Part shown: one piece after another, positions 9,343-18,941 of the stretch
Numbering within the stretch: position 1 is the first letter of the stretch
How the letters are laid out: each line of letters opens with the position of its first letter
Assembly (NCBI GenBank): GCA_963755715.1
Contig: CAVWLW010000072.1
Coordinates: forward strand, 1 to 64,000
Length of the DNA: 64,000 bases
Direction of reading: 5' to 3'
Source: an uncultured delta proteobacterium
GTDB lineage: Bacteria > Desulfobacterota > Binatia > UBA9968
The notes under the pieces: generated by a model
What the model saw: the letters and a program-made list of their open reading frames with translations, nothing else
The model's database searches: none
Told to the model about the DNA's origin: nothing
Translations under genes and position numbers: made by a program

Positions 9343-10761
9343 TCAGCTAAACATCTCTTTCTTCCACTTTTTCATGATCTCCTGCTGGCGCTCGCTGCTA
9401 ATCGTGGCGGCAGGAGGAAATCGATCACGCCATTCAAAAGGCCGGCAGGCGTCGATGATCATGCGCGAGCTAAAGCCTTTTCGTTCTTTCGGAATGATCG
9501 GATCGAGCGGCCCACTCCAACAGCGTCGAATGATTTCCGCCGAATCGACCGGATCGGTGCGGCTACACATCGCCCAGAGAACGTCGTTGATATCGTAGGC
9601 GTCGATATCGTCGTCGACGACAACGATGTACCTGCCGAGATACGCCGCGCCTTGGCACTGGCTGGCGACGAGCCCAGCTTGGCGCGCGTGGCCAGGATAG
9701 CGTTGGCGGATGGAGATCACGGTCAAGAAACGGCGAAAATAACTCGCCACTGCTTGCACGTCCGGCACGCCGGCCTTTTCGACTTGGTCGCGAATATAGG
9801 CAGCGCGCAGCAGCTCGTAACAATGTTCAGCGCGCGCCGTCGGTCGGTACTCCGGCGACGCGGTAATAATTGGATCGTTGCGGTGGTAAAGCCGCTGCAC
9901 TTTGATCAGCGGCTCGAATTTTTCACCGCTGGCATAGTAACCCGTCCATTCGCTGAACGGTCCTTCTTCTTTGCCTTGATCGGGTAAGAACTCGCCTTCG
10001 ATGGCGATCTCGGCGTAAGCGGGAATCGGCAGGCCGGTGTATTCGCCTTGGATTACCTCCACAGGCTCGCCTTTGATGCCCCCGACCGCGTCGAATTCAC
10101 TCCGTCCGTACGGCTCCGGCCGGGTGGCGATCATGTGCAGCAACGGATCGACGCCGAAACAACAAACCACTGGACAAGCCTTTCCCTGGTCGAAATATTT
10201 CTGCCGATGCATCCGCCCATGTTTTCCCGGCGAGATGTTCATGCCCATGGTGTTTCGATCGTGGACCATGACTCGATAACAACCGACGTTAATCCAGTCT
10301 TCGTCGGGATCGCGGGTAATCACGACGTGACCAGTGCCGATGTATCGCCCACCGTCGCGCTCGTGCCAAAACGGCACTGGGAATTTGAAGAGATCGATAT
10401 CCTCGCCGGCAAAAACGTTTTCCAATACCGGGCCGCTCTTGACGGTCACCGGCGGAATTGACGCCGGCTTCGCCAAACGCTCGCGCCACGCTTGAATGAA
10501 TCCTTCTCGCGTGATGTCCAACGGCAGATTGGTGGTGAGAGCCGAGCGTTTTAGGCTTTCGAAAAAGCCGACGAGAATTCGATAACCCGCCGGGTAATCT
10601 TTAATCCGGTCGAAGAGCAACGCCGGACTGTTTTCCTTGTGCTTCGAGGCGAGCACCGACAGCGCGCCGATCTCCAGATTCCAATCCGCGCCCTCGACGA
10701 TCTTGAGCTCGCCCATCTCCTCGACCTGGCGAATCCACTCTCGCACGTCTTTGTAACTCAT
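9343..10761 (-). CDS. UbiD family prFMN-dependent (de)carboxylase
   Basis: ALLFDRIKDYP, DGGRYIGT, NVGCYRVMV, EGPFSEWTGYY, VVVDDDID and IIDACRP motifs. Confidence 0.93.
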   Translation of the reverse strand: MSYKDVREWIRQVEEMGELKIVEGADWNLEIGALSVLASKHKENSPALLFDRIKDYPAGYRILVGFFESLKRSALTTNLPLDITREGFIQAWRERLAKPASIPPVTVKSGPVLENVFAGEDIDLFKFPVPFWHERDGGRYIGTGHVVITRDPDEDWINVGCYRVMVHDRNTMGMNISPGKHGRMHRQKYFDQGKACPVVCCFGVDPLLHMIATRPEPYGRSEFDAVGGIKGEPVEVIQGEYTGLPIPAYAEIAIEGEFLPDQGKEEGPFSEWTGYYASGEKFEPLIKVQRLYHRNDPIITASPEYRPTARAEHCYELLRAAYIRDQVEKAGVPDVQAVASYFRRFLTVISIRQRYPGHARQAGLVASQCQGAAYLGRYIVVVDDDIDAYDINDVLWAMCSRTDPVDSAEIIRRCWSGPLDPIIPKERKGFSSRMIIDACRPFEWRDRFPPAATISSERQQEIMKKWKKEMFS

Positions 10762-10845
10762 CGCTCCTCCATCGGATCACCATCCAGTAAAAGTTTAAGC
10801 ACAGCTTTGCAAGCCAAGGATGAAGTTGATAAAGCCAGGACTGCC

Positions 10846-11793
10846 ATGAAATTTCCTGTGACTGTCATCATCATAATTCTGCTCATTTCTTCCCTTTCGA
10901 TTGCCACGGCGCAGGAGAAAGTTATCGTCGGCCACTCCGCGCGCGCCGCGTTGTCAATCGGCCCATTGCTTTACGGCATCGAGCGCGGCTTTTACCGCGA
11001 CGAAGGCATCGACCTGGTTTATGTCTCGCTGCGTGCCGATCTGGGAATCAAGGCGCTGCTTTCCGGCGACATCGACTACAGCTACAGCACCGGCACCATC
11101 ATCCGCGGCGCCATCCTCGGCCTCCCGGTAAGAAATCTCAGCTTCGACTTCTCGCGCGTGCTGCACGCGCTGATGTCGCGGCCGGACATTCCCAACGCCG
11201 CTGCGCTCAAAGGCAAGAGAGTCGGCGTCAGCTCCTTCGGCGCCACCGGCGATCTCGCGGCCCGCGTCGGGTTGCGTTCCCTCGGTCTCGATCCCGACAA
11301 AGATGTGACGATCATCACCCTCGGCACCGACACGCTGCGCCACGCGGCGCTGATCGCCGGCACCGTGCAAGCGACCCATATGCCGGTACCGCTAAATATC
11401 CAACTCAAGAAAGAGGGTTATCACGAGTTGGTCTATGCCGGAAAAATTCTCCAGCGCCCGTTGACCGGTCTGGCCACCAGCGTCGAAAAAATTCAGAAGA
11501 ATCCCGGCCAGGTCCAGCGTATGGTGCGCGCCTTCGTGCGCGCCACCCGCGCTTTGAAAAGCGAGCGCGCCGGCTTCATCGCATTCGCCCAAAAAAAATA
11601 CGGTTACTCGAAAGATGTCATGGAAGAAGCTTACAAATACTTGATAGACGCCCTGTCCCAAGATGGTTTCGTCGACGACAGCTCGCTGCAAGCGGCCATC
11701 GACGAAGCCAAGGGTCTGGCGAAAATCACCAAGCCGATTAGTCAATCGGATGTCGTCGACTATAGTTTTCTGCGCGCGGCGACAAAAAAATAA
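10846..11793 (+). CDS. NMT1/SsuA-type ABC substrate-binding protein (orphan)
   Basis: Signal peptide, GFYRDEGID, LKGKRVGVSSFG, GLDPDKDV, DYSFL. Confidence 0.88.
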   Translation: MKFPVTVIIIILLISSLSIATAQEKVIVGHSARAALSIGPLLYGIERGFYRDEGIDLVYVSLRADLGIKALLSGDIDYSYSTGTIIRGAILGLPVRNLSFDFSRVLHALMSRPDIPNAAALKGKRVGVSSFGATGDLAARVGLRSLGLDPDKDVTIITLGTDTLRHAALIAGTVQATHMPVPLNIQLKKEGYHELVYAGKILQRPLTGLATSVEKIQKNPGQVQRMVRAFVRATRALKSERAGFIAFAQKKYGYSKDVMEEAYKYLIDALSQDGFVDDSSLQAAIDEAKGLAKITKPISQSDVVDYSFLRAATKK

Positions 11794-11824
11794 GGCTGAG
11801 TTCCGAATGACTCGAAACTAGAAC

Positions 11825-12772
11825 CTATTTCATCGCGTCCGCTGCCAATGAAAAATCGAATATTTTTTCCGGTGGGACCGCTTCTTTAATACGCAGAGCT
11901 TCTCGGCCGATTTCAACGATCTCCTTCATCGCGTCGCCGCTCAACCGCCCGCCATCGAGGACAAACGGCGCGTCGTCGTCATACATGCGGCGCGCCAGTT
12001 GGGCGTCTTTGACGCCCAGACGTTTTTGAATGTACGGGATCATGATCTCCGGCTGTTCCTGGTAGGCTTTCAGGCCGCGATTCCACGCCCGGAGAAACCG
12101 CACCAACCGCTCTCGCTTTTGTTTGATATGGCTGTCCGTCGAAACCACGCCGGTCTGAAGATAGCGCATGTAGTCGCGGCCGCGGCCGAAAACTTTGTAA
12201 CCCTGATCCAGCGCCAGGTAGACGGCGGGCGGCGTCATCATCGCGCCGGCGACCCGGCCGGAGAGAAGCGATTGCAGACGCGCCGGCGTGTCCATGCTCA
12301 AAAAGCTCACGTCCTTTTGCGCGTCCAGCCCTTTGGCTTGAAGGATTCGCCGCGTCATGATCGCCGCTGTGCCATCCAGTGAGCCAACGGCAATCGATTT
12401 ACCTTTCATCTCCGCCGGCTGATTGATCGCTGCGCCGACGATCAACTCGTGGATCGGCCGATCGCGCGTGACCGAAATGACTTTGACCGGCACGCCGCGC
12501 AACGCCGCCGAAAATCCACTGCCGGCGTGGCAGGTCACATCGATTTCGCCCGACATCAGACTGCTGACGCCGACGATCCCTCGCACGACCAAGACTTGGA
12601 GGTCCAGTCCCTCCTGCGCGAAGAAGCCTTTTTCTTGGCCGTAATAGAGCGGCACATAACTCAGCGTCGGCCCGGGAATGCTGATAAAAAACTTCTCTGC
12701 CGCCACGATCGCATGCGCGTTGAATAGTAGAGCCAATAAGACGGCAGCGGCAATTCGGTGGCGATGACCCAT
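11825..12772 (-). CDS. NMT1/SsuA-type ABC substrate-binding protein (orphan)
   Basis: Signal peptide, KGFFAQEGLD, MKGKSIAV, GLDAQKDV, FDFSL. Confidence 0.88.
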   Translation of the reverse strand: MGHRHRIAAAVLLALLFNAHAIVAAEKFFISIPGPTLSYVPLYYGQEKGFFAQEGLDLQVLVVRGIVGVSSLMSGEIDVTCHAGSGFSAALRGVPVKVISVTRDRPIHELIVGAAINQPAEMKGKSIAVGSLDGTAAIMTRRILQAKGLDAQKDVSFLSMDTPARLQSLLSGRVAGAMMTPPAVYLALDQGYKVFGRGRDYMRYLQTGVVSTDSHIKQKRERLVRFLRAWNRGLKAYQEQPEIMIPYIQKRLGVKDAQLARRMYDDDAPFVLDGGRLSGDAMKEIVEIGREALRIKEAVPPEKIFDFSLAADAMK

Positions 12773-12803
12773 ATTGCCTCCAGTAACGTCTGTTTGCTGA
12801 AGC

Positions 12804-14549
12804 CTACTTCCGTTCCAGTCCCTTATAGGGACCGGCCGTATAAATCACCCGGCCGCCGACCACCGTCAGCAACGATTCGAGCGAGCGGATCTGATCTTCG
12901 GGCACGGTTAGATAGTCGGCGTTGAGCACCGCCAGATCGGCGAGTTTGCCGACTTCGATCGAGCCTTTGCGCCCTTCGTCAAAAGTAAACCAGGCGCTGC
13001 CGATCGTGTACAGACGCAACGCTTCTTCACGCGTCAAGTTCTGGCTGCGCTCGCGCAGCGCCGAGCCTGCGACCGTCTTGCCGGTGATAAGCCACCACAG
13101 CGACAACATCGGCGAGTAGCTAGCCGAGCGAAAGCCGTCCGTGCCGGCGCCCAGCGGAATAGCCGAATCGATCATCGCGCGCAACGGCGGCGCGTTACGC
13201 GCTTTTGCCAATCCCCAAAGCTCCGTGTCGCGCTCATCGGTCATGGCCAAGCGGTCCTGCACCGCAATGCCGCCGCCTAGCTTCTTGATCCGCGCGATCG
13301 TCTCGGCCGTCGCGCCTTCCAGATGCCCGAAGCCGATGCGCCGCGGCGAAAAAGCCTTGGTTGCGTTAACCTCCTCCAATACATCGAGCAGTTGCCGCGC
13401 GCTGCTGTCATGAGTGACATCGAGGCGAAAACTAAGCTCCGCCTCGGCAAAGAAGCGCGCCAAGCGACGAAACTTTTCTTTGGCGTCGGATGTCATAGTG
13501 CTGTCGCCCGGGTCGGACAAAACGTCGTCAACCGATGATTCATAGAAGCCAACGAAGCGAAACGTATCGCTCTGCGGCAGCCTTTTGATTTCTTCGGTCG
13601 CGCTTTTGAGCTGCTCGATCTCGTCGCCGGGATCGTTGGCGGCGATATAGAAATTCATCCGCAGCGACAGCTCGCCGGAGCGCGCCATGTCACCCAGCAA
13701 TCTTCGCTGCGCGAAAGCGACGCCACGCGTGTGCAAGTCGCCGATTGAAGTGATTCCCAAGCGATTGAGCTCCTGAAAACAGTTTTTGAGACTCTGGCGC
13801 ATTTTATCCAGCGACAGCCGGGGAATTTTCTCGTAGACAGACTGCCATGCAGGCACGCCTTGCAACCATCCGGTAAATTCACCGCTGTTCGGGTCCCTTT
13901 CGAATTTGCCACCCGCCGGATCGGCGCTGTTGCGCGTGATCCCGGCCGCCGCCAGTGCCGCACTGTTCAACAGCGCTCCCTGGCGCAGGTACTGGATATA
14001 GACGGGATGATTCGGCGCCAGCGCGTCGAGATCGGCGCGAGAGGGAAAACGGCGCTCGGTAAACTGCGTCGGCACCCACCCACCGCCAACCACGATCCAA
14101 CTACCCGCCGGTTTAGCTTTCGTCGCCGCCTCGATCTGTTTTAATCCGTCGGCGAGCGAGCGCGTGCGCTCCCAATGAATCTCATCATCCCAACTCAAAC
14201 CGGCGACGGTCGCGTGGATGTGCGAATCGATCAGTCCCGGAATGACCGTCCGGCCGGCCAGATCTACGACACGCGTGCTCGGTCCGGTCAAAGGGCGCAT
14301 GTCGCGATCGGTGCCGACCGCAATGAAACGTCCGTCTCTGATCGCGACCGCCTCCCTGATCGAGAAATCGCGATCGACGGTAATGATCTTACCACCGCGC
14401 AGCACCATTTCGGCCGGCGCTTTTACCGCCAGCGAACGCGCGAAGTCCACTTCGCTGCTGCCGCCGCCACAGGCGATCAAACTCAGCAGCAAAACGATCA
14501 TTCCAAATCGTTTCAAATAAAGCCTCGTAGTTTTATTGAACCCAGGCAA
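12804..14549 (-). CDS. Amidohydrolase_3 (YtcJ-like), probable lipoprotein
   Basis: PGLIDSHIH, GHLE, AGTDG, GSIEVGKLADLAVL; LIAC lipobox near N-terminus. Confidence 0.9.
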   Translation of the reverse strand: MPGFNKTTRLYLKRFGMIVLLLSLIACGGGSSEVDFARSLAVKAPAEMVLRGGKIITVDRDFSIREAVAIRDGRFIAVGTDRDMRPLTGPSTRVVDLAGRTVIPGLIDSHIHATVAGLSWDDEIHWERTRSLADGLKQIEAATKAKPAGSWIVVGGGWVPTQFTERRFPSRADLDALAPNHPVYIQYLRQGALLNSAALAAAGITRNSADPAGGKFERDPNSGEFTGWLQGVPAWQSVYEKIPRLSLDKMRQSLKNCFQELNRLGITSIGDLHTRGVAFAQRRLLGDMARSGELSLRMNFYIAANDPGDEIEQLKSATEEIKRLPQSDTFRFVGFYESSVDDVLSDPGDSTMTSDAKEKFRRLARFFAEAELSFRLDVTHDSSARQLLDVLEEVNATKAFSPRRIGFGHLEGATAETIARIKKLGGGIAVQDRLAMTDERDTELWGLAKARNAPPLRAMIDSAIPLGAGTDGFRSASYSPMLSLWWLITGKTVAGSALRERSQNLTREEALRLYTIGSAWFTFDEGRKGSIEVGKLADLAVLNADYLTVPEDQIRSLESLLTVVGGRVIYTAGPYKGLERK

Positions 14550-14748
14550 ATCTTACCTTTGACTATTCTCGATTGCGAGAGCCGCGGATGAATTGGGCCG
14601 CCTCGATCACTCTGGGTGAATTCTCTCGACAAAGGACGATTGCCGCTGTTGTGCTTGCGTCGGATCGACGATTGAAGTTATATTTCGAAAAAATGGCAGC
14701 TTAAACCGCGATCACGAATCCACAGTCAACCTGCTCCCGAGGTGAATA

Positions 14749-15993
14749 ATGAAACCCGTGCAACTCTTTTGCTGGCATTTCATGGCCTATCCGTATCTCG
14801 CCAAGGATTTCGACGAAAAAGAATCTAGCGGCTGGGTCACGGTGCCGAACCGATTATGGGACAACACGAAGGCGCGCGGGCTTTATCAGGAATATATCGA
14901 TCAGCTCGTCTACGCCGACGAGCTCGGTTTCGACGGCATGGTGTTGAACGAGCATCATCAAAACATTTACGGTTTGATGCCCTCGCCCAACATGATCGCA
15001 GCGGCGCTGACGCAAAATACTTCGCGTGGTAAAATCATCATTCTTGGCAATCTTCTGCCGCTGCATTTGAACCCGATGCGCGTCGCCGAGGAATACGCGA
15101 TGCTCGATCAGATGAGCAACGGCCGGCTCGTCGCCGGCTTCGCGCCGGGCGGTGGTCCGGAGACTTTCAACTACGACGTGCCATCGGCGAACACCCGGGA
15201 AAAGTTTTGGGAAGCCGCCGATCTGATCGTGCGCTCGTGGACCGAAGATGGGCCGTTCGCGCACGAGGGCCGCTATTTTCCACTGCGCTATGTGAATCTC
15301 TGGCCCAAGCCGCTGCAAAAACCATTTCCGCCGGTGTGGATCCCCGGCTCGCGCAGCCCTTCGACCATGACCGAAGTGGCCAAGCGCGGCTATTGCTATT
15401 TTCTCTCGTCGCGCAGTCACGGCGGCGAGACCCATCGCGCGCAACAGGAGTTTGCCGCGGTGTTGGAAAAGCATGGTGACAAGTATCATCCGTTTCGCTT
15501 CGGCATCTTGATGTCGACCTACGTCGCCGAGACCGATCAGCAGGCGCGCGAGGAATGCGAAGAAGGCGTCTGGTATTTTTTGAAAAACTGTCTCAAGGGC
15601 CACCTGCGCCGCGTCGGCCGTCAACTGACCTATGGTCCCGGCGTGCCGTATATCCCGGCCGCCGCGTGGCGCGAATACATGAAGAACTACACCCCCGGGC
15701 GAAAACTATTGGGCGACGTGGAAAACTGGGAAGAGCTCGAAGCATCGCAGTCGATCATCGTCGGCAGCCCGGAAACGGTCACGCGGCGGATTCAAAGCCT
15801 CATCGAAAAAGCCAAGGTCGGCAATCTGTTGATTCAGTTCCAGCTCGGTAACATGCCCGACCACTTGGCGCGCAAAAGCATGAAGCTCTTCGCGGAAAAA
15901 GTCGCGCCGGCGTTGCGCCACGCTTCCTTGAAACAATTCACCGAGGAATATCCCGGCATCAACCCCGAGCAATCGGCGGAGGCAGTCCATTGA
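14749..15993 (+). CDS. Luciferase-like (LLM) flavin-dependent monooxygenase
   Basis: ADELGFDG..LNEHH, RVAEEYAMLD.MSNGR, WPKPLQKPFPP, IVGSPETV, LFAEKVAP. Confidence 0.93.
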   Translation: MKPVQLFCWHFMAYPYLAKDFDEKESSGWVTVPNRLWDNTKARGLYQEYIDQLVYADELGFDGMVLNEHHQNIYGLMPSPNMIAAALTQNTSRGKIIILGNLLPLHLNPMRVAEEYAMLDQMSNGRLVAGFAPGGGPETFNYDVPSANTREKFWEAADLIVRSWTEDGPFAHEGRYFPLRYVNLWPKPLQKPFPPVWIPGSRSPSTMTEVAKRGYCYFLSSRSHGGETHRAQQEFAAVLEKHGDKYHPFRFGILMSTYVAETDQQAREECEEGVWYFLKNCLKGHLRRVGRQLTYGPGVPYIPAAAWREYMKNYTPGRKLLGDVENWEELEASQSIIVGSPETVTRRIQSLIEKAKVGNLLIQFQLGNMPDHLARKSMKLFAEKVAPALRHASLKQFTEEYPGINPEQSAEAVH

Positions 15994-16805
15994 GCGGCCC
16001 GATCATCGACGTTGACCATCGCAAAGTTCAGGTTTTGGAAAGCGGCAGCGGCAATCCGCTGCTTTATCTGCACGGCTTCGCCGATGTCCATTCGGTGAAA
16101 GAAAGCTGGCTGCCGTTTCATGAAAAACTCGCACAACATACCCGCGTGATCGCGCCGGCCCATCCCGGCTGCGCCCAGACCGATGAAAACAAAGACATCG
16201 ACACCATCGAAGATGTGGTTTTTCACTATCTCGAAGTTCTCGACGCCTTGAACCTCACGCAATTCGATCTCGTCGGCAGTTGCGTCGGTGGCTGGATCGC
16301 CGCCGAACTCGCCGTGCGTCACCCGGAAAAAATTCGCAAGCTGGTTTTAATCGGTGCCTCGGGCCTGTTTGTCCAAGGCGCGCTGATCGGCGATATCTTC
16401 ATGATGGCGCAGCCCGAGTACGGCTCGAGCTACACAACTTTGCGGGAAATGCTTTTTTCCAGCGCCGACCACCCGATGGCTCTTGAAATGTTTCCCGACG
16501 GTAAAGGCGAGTTGGAAGACGAAGTGCGCCGCTATCAGATGCTGCGCCTAAGCTCGCGCATCGGTTTCAAGCCGCCGTACTTCTACAATCACTCGCTGAT
16601 AAACCGGTTGCATCGAATCACGTCACCGACGCTCGTCATCTGGGGAGAAAAAGACAACTTCGTGCCGCGCTCCCACGGCGAAACCTACGCGAAACTGATT
16701 CCGAATAGCAGCGAATTACGAATCATCCCCGGCGCCGGCCACAGCGCCCACGTAGAGAAGCCCGAAGAGACAGCAAAATTGGTTTGCGAATTTTTAGAGA
16801 AATGA
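15990..16805 (+). CDS. Alpha/beta hydrolase with Cys at the nucleophile position
   Basis: LYLHG, G-S-C-V-G-G elbow, WGEKD, AGH; start overlaps LLM stop. Confidence 0.88.
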   Translation: MSGPIIDVDHRKVQVLESGSGNPLLYLHGFADVHSVKESWLPFHEKLAQHTRVIAPAHPGCAQTDENKDIDTIEDVVFHYLEVLDALNLTQFDLVGSCVGGWIAAELAVRHPEKIRKLVLIGASGLFVQGALIGDIFMMAQPEYGSSYTTLREMLFSSADHPMALEMFPDGKGELEDEVRRYQMLRLSSRIGFKPPYFYNHSLINRLHRITSPTLVIWGEKDNFVPRSHGETYAKLIPNSSELRIIPGAGHSAHVEKPEETAKLVCEFLEK

Positions 16806-17004
16806 CCTAGCCCGCCGCCAACCCGGCTCCAGAGCAGATGTCGGCTGGGTCGAAAGTCTTACCTTGACCTGAAGAAAATCACAAAGAGATCTGGCTCCAA
16901 TCACTCGCGTTGAAGGGAAAAGTGTGCAGCTAATTGCCGACAGAGTGAGTGAACGCAAACGCCGTCAGCGGTCGAAGTCGAATTATCATATCGATCAACC
17001 CTCC

Positions 17005-17019
17005 TGGTATCGAAATTGC
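17005..17019 (+). promoter_or_regulatory. Putative sigma54 (-24/-12) promoter
   Basis: TGGTATCGAAATTGC, GG-N10-GC with canonical TTGC. Confidence 0.6.
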
Positions 17020-17077
17020 CTCGTACACTATTGAGCGACAAAAGCCTGGAGGGGCGGCATTCGAAAGGAGGAAATTA

Positions 17078-17404
17078 ATGTACGCAAAAAGTCTTGGATT
17101 TATTATTGCCCTGACGATTTCCTTGATAGCGTCGAGCGCTTACACGCAAAGCCGTGCCCCGACGGGATCGGTCGAAGACCTTCAAAGTTCCGACCATTCC
17201 AACGGCTCCATTGTCATCATCAGCGAAGAGAAAACCGATATCCCGGGATACCTTCGCGTGCAGTACGCTTTTGTTGACCAGAGTTGTGGCGCGATACTCG
17301 TTGATCATTACGGTCCGGCGATCAATCCCAACGACAAGGATCTAAAGCAAGCTGAGCAACGGGCGTGCGTCGAGATCGCGATGAATACTCGTGACGGAGA
17401 TTAG
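17078..17404 (+). CDS. Small secreted hypothetical protein (108 aa, two Cys)
   Basis: AAAGGAGG RBS before ATG, signal peptide MYAKSLGFIIALTISLIASSAYT. Confidence 0.72.
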   Translation: MYAKSLGFIIALTISLIASSAYTQSRAPTGSVEDLQSSDHSNGSIVIISEEKTDIPGYLRVQYAFVDQSCGAILVDHYGPAINPNDKDLKQAEQRACVEIAMNTRDGD

Positions 17405-17478
17405 ACGATCGCTAGAGCCTTCCCTCCAGGCTTGCGCGTTGTCTGGTCATCGTTCGATCGATAGCCGTCTGACGGTTC

Positions 17479-18462
17479 TCATTTTCCCCAAATCTTTTTA
17501 ACGAACCCCTCTTCTTCGAGCCGTTTGAGATAGCGATCGTTGACGTAATTCTTTGCGTCAACGCTTTTCGCTTTCGGATTCGTTTCGGCGATCTGGTCGA
17601 CTACCGCCTGCATCGCTATGACGGACGGATACGGCACCGGCTCGAGTTGCTTGACAAAATAATCGTAGCCTTCTTGAACTGCCTTGAGATTTTGCACGCG
17701 GGTAAATTGCGCCAGCGCTTTGATCGAGTACTCTCTTTCCGTTTTCATAATCTTGATCGCTTCGAGATAGGCGCGCAGGAAGTTCATCACTCTGGCCTCC
17801 TGCTTGTCCAAGAATCGCTTGCTGCCGAGCAAGCCGGTGTTGAAAAAAGGGATGTCCATCTTGACCGAGTCGGCGACGACGTTCAGCTTGAGTCGCTCCG
17901 CCTCGATGCCGAACGGCGCATTGGCGACCGTGCCGTCGATGTTACCGGACTTGATCGCAGCGATGCGCGCCGGTTCATCGCCGATCTGTAAGATGGTCGC
18001 ATCTTTTATCGGGTCGACGCCGACCCGCTTGAGCATGGCGCGCATGCCGAAATCCGCCGAAGAACCGTAGCGGCTGACGCCGAATTTTTTGCCTTTGAGT
18101 TGTTCAACACCCTTGATTTCCGGGCGTGTGATCAATTGGTAATTTAATTTATCGAGGAGTCCGGCGAAGTAAACGATGTCCGCGCCTTCAAGGTTGGCCG
18201 CGACACCCGGCGCGCCGCTCAATTGCGAGAGATCGAGATTGCCGGAGACCAAGACTTGCACATTGGTCGAGCCGCCGGGAATATAAATCGTCTCGGTCGT
18301 GAGGCCATACTTGGCAAATAAGCCGCGATCCTTGCCGATATGCATGAGGCCCGATTGCAAGCTGATCGAGCCCTGGCCGACACGTATTTTTTCCTGCGCC
18401 TCGGTCCAGCCGCTCAACCAAAATGAAAGAATCAGAGTCGCAATAAATATGAAATTTTTCAT
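17479..18462 (-). CDS. NMT1/SsuA-type ABC substrate-binding protein (orphan)
   Basis: Signal peptide, GLFAKYGL, LKGKKFGVSRYGS, LEEEGFVKKIW. Confidence 0.9.
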   Translation of the reverse strand: MKNFIFIATLILSFWLSGWTEAQEKIRVGQGSISLQSGLMHIGKDRGLFAKYGLTTETIYIPGGSTNVQVLVSGNLDLSQLSGAPGVAANLEGADIVYFAGLLDKLNYQLITRPEIKGVEQLKGKKFGVSRYGSSADFGMRAMLKRVGVDPIKDATILQIGDEPARIAAIKSGNIDGTVANAPFGIEAERLKLNVVADSVKMDIPFFNTGLLGSKRFLDKQEARVMNFLRAYLEAIKIMKTEREYSIKALAQFTRVQNLKAVQEGYDYFVKQLEPVPYPSVIAMQAVVDQIAETNPKAKSVDAKNYVNDRYLKRLEEEGFVKKIWGK

Positions 18463-18605
18463 AGCGCCCTAGTACCACAACCGTCACGAGGCGGGCAATG
18501 GTGACTTTGCCGCGACTGCCGTGGCATGCTTCACTTAGACCAAGTCATTGAACCGATTTGCCCGGTGTGAGATGTTTTCGAAATCTTAGCCCAAGGAGGA
18601 AGATT

Positions 18606-18812
18606 ATGGCTGACGTAATCGTAAAGGCCCTAAAAAACGGCCCCTATGAAATCTCGGGCGGCGCCAAACTCGTGGACCACACGGGTAAGGAGTATGCCGA
18701 GAGCGCTATCGATCCGCTCTACCTTTGCCGCTGCGGCGCGTCGAAAACAAAACCCTTCTGCGACAACAGTCACGAAGATATCGGCTTCAAAGCCGAAGAA
18801 ACCGCAGGCTAA
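18606..18812 (+). CDS. CDGSH-type iron-sulfur domain protein
   Basis: NGPY and LCRCGASKTKPFCDNSH motif; AAGGAGG RBS. Confidence 0.92.
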   Translation: MADVIVKALKNGPYEISGGAKLVDHTGKEYAESAIDPLYLCRCGASKTKPFCDNSHEDIGFKAEETAG

Positions 18813-18817
18813 AAAAA

Positions 18818-18888
18818 CCCAACGCTCCATCACTCCATCATTCCAATTGGGCCGGGATGAACTGGAGTATTGGAGTACTGGAGTGATG
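18818..18888. repeat. Inverted arrays of 8-bp tandem repeat (CTCCATCA / TGGAGTRN)
   Basis: ctccatca ctccatca ttcca ... tggagtat tggagtac tggagtga. Confidence 0.8.
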
Positions 18889-18941
18889 AGAAAACACAAG
18901 ACCCGATTCAAGCCACGCCTAATTCTGCGGAGGGGAATCTT

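Noticed and set aside
18818-18888. CRISPR-like repeat array (also 46637-46716)
   Set aside because: Units are 8 bp, tandem, without spacers; no cas genes
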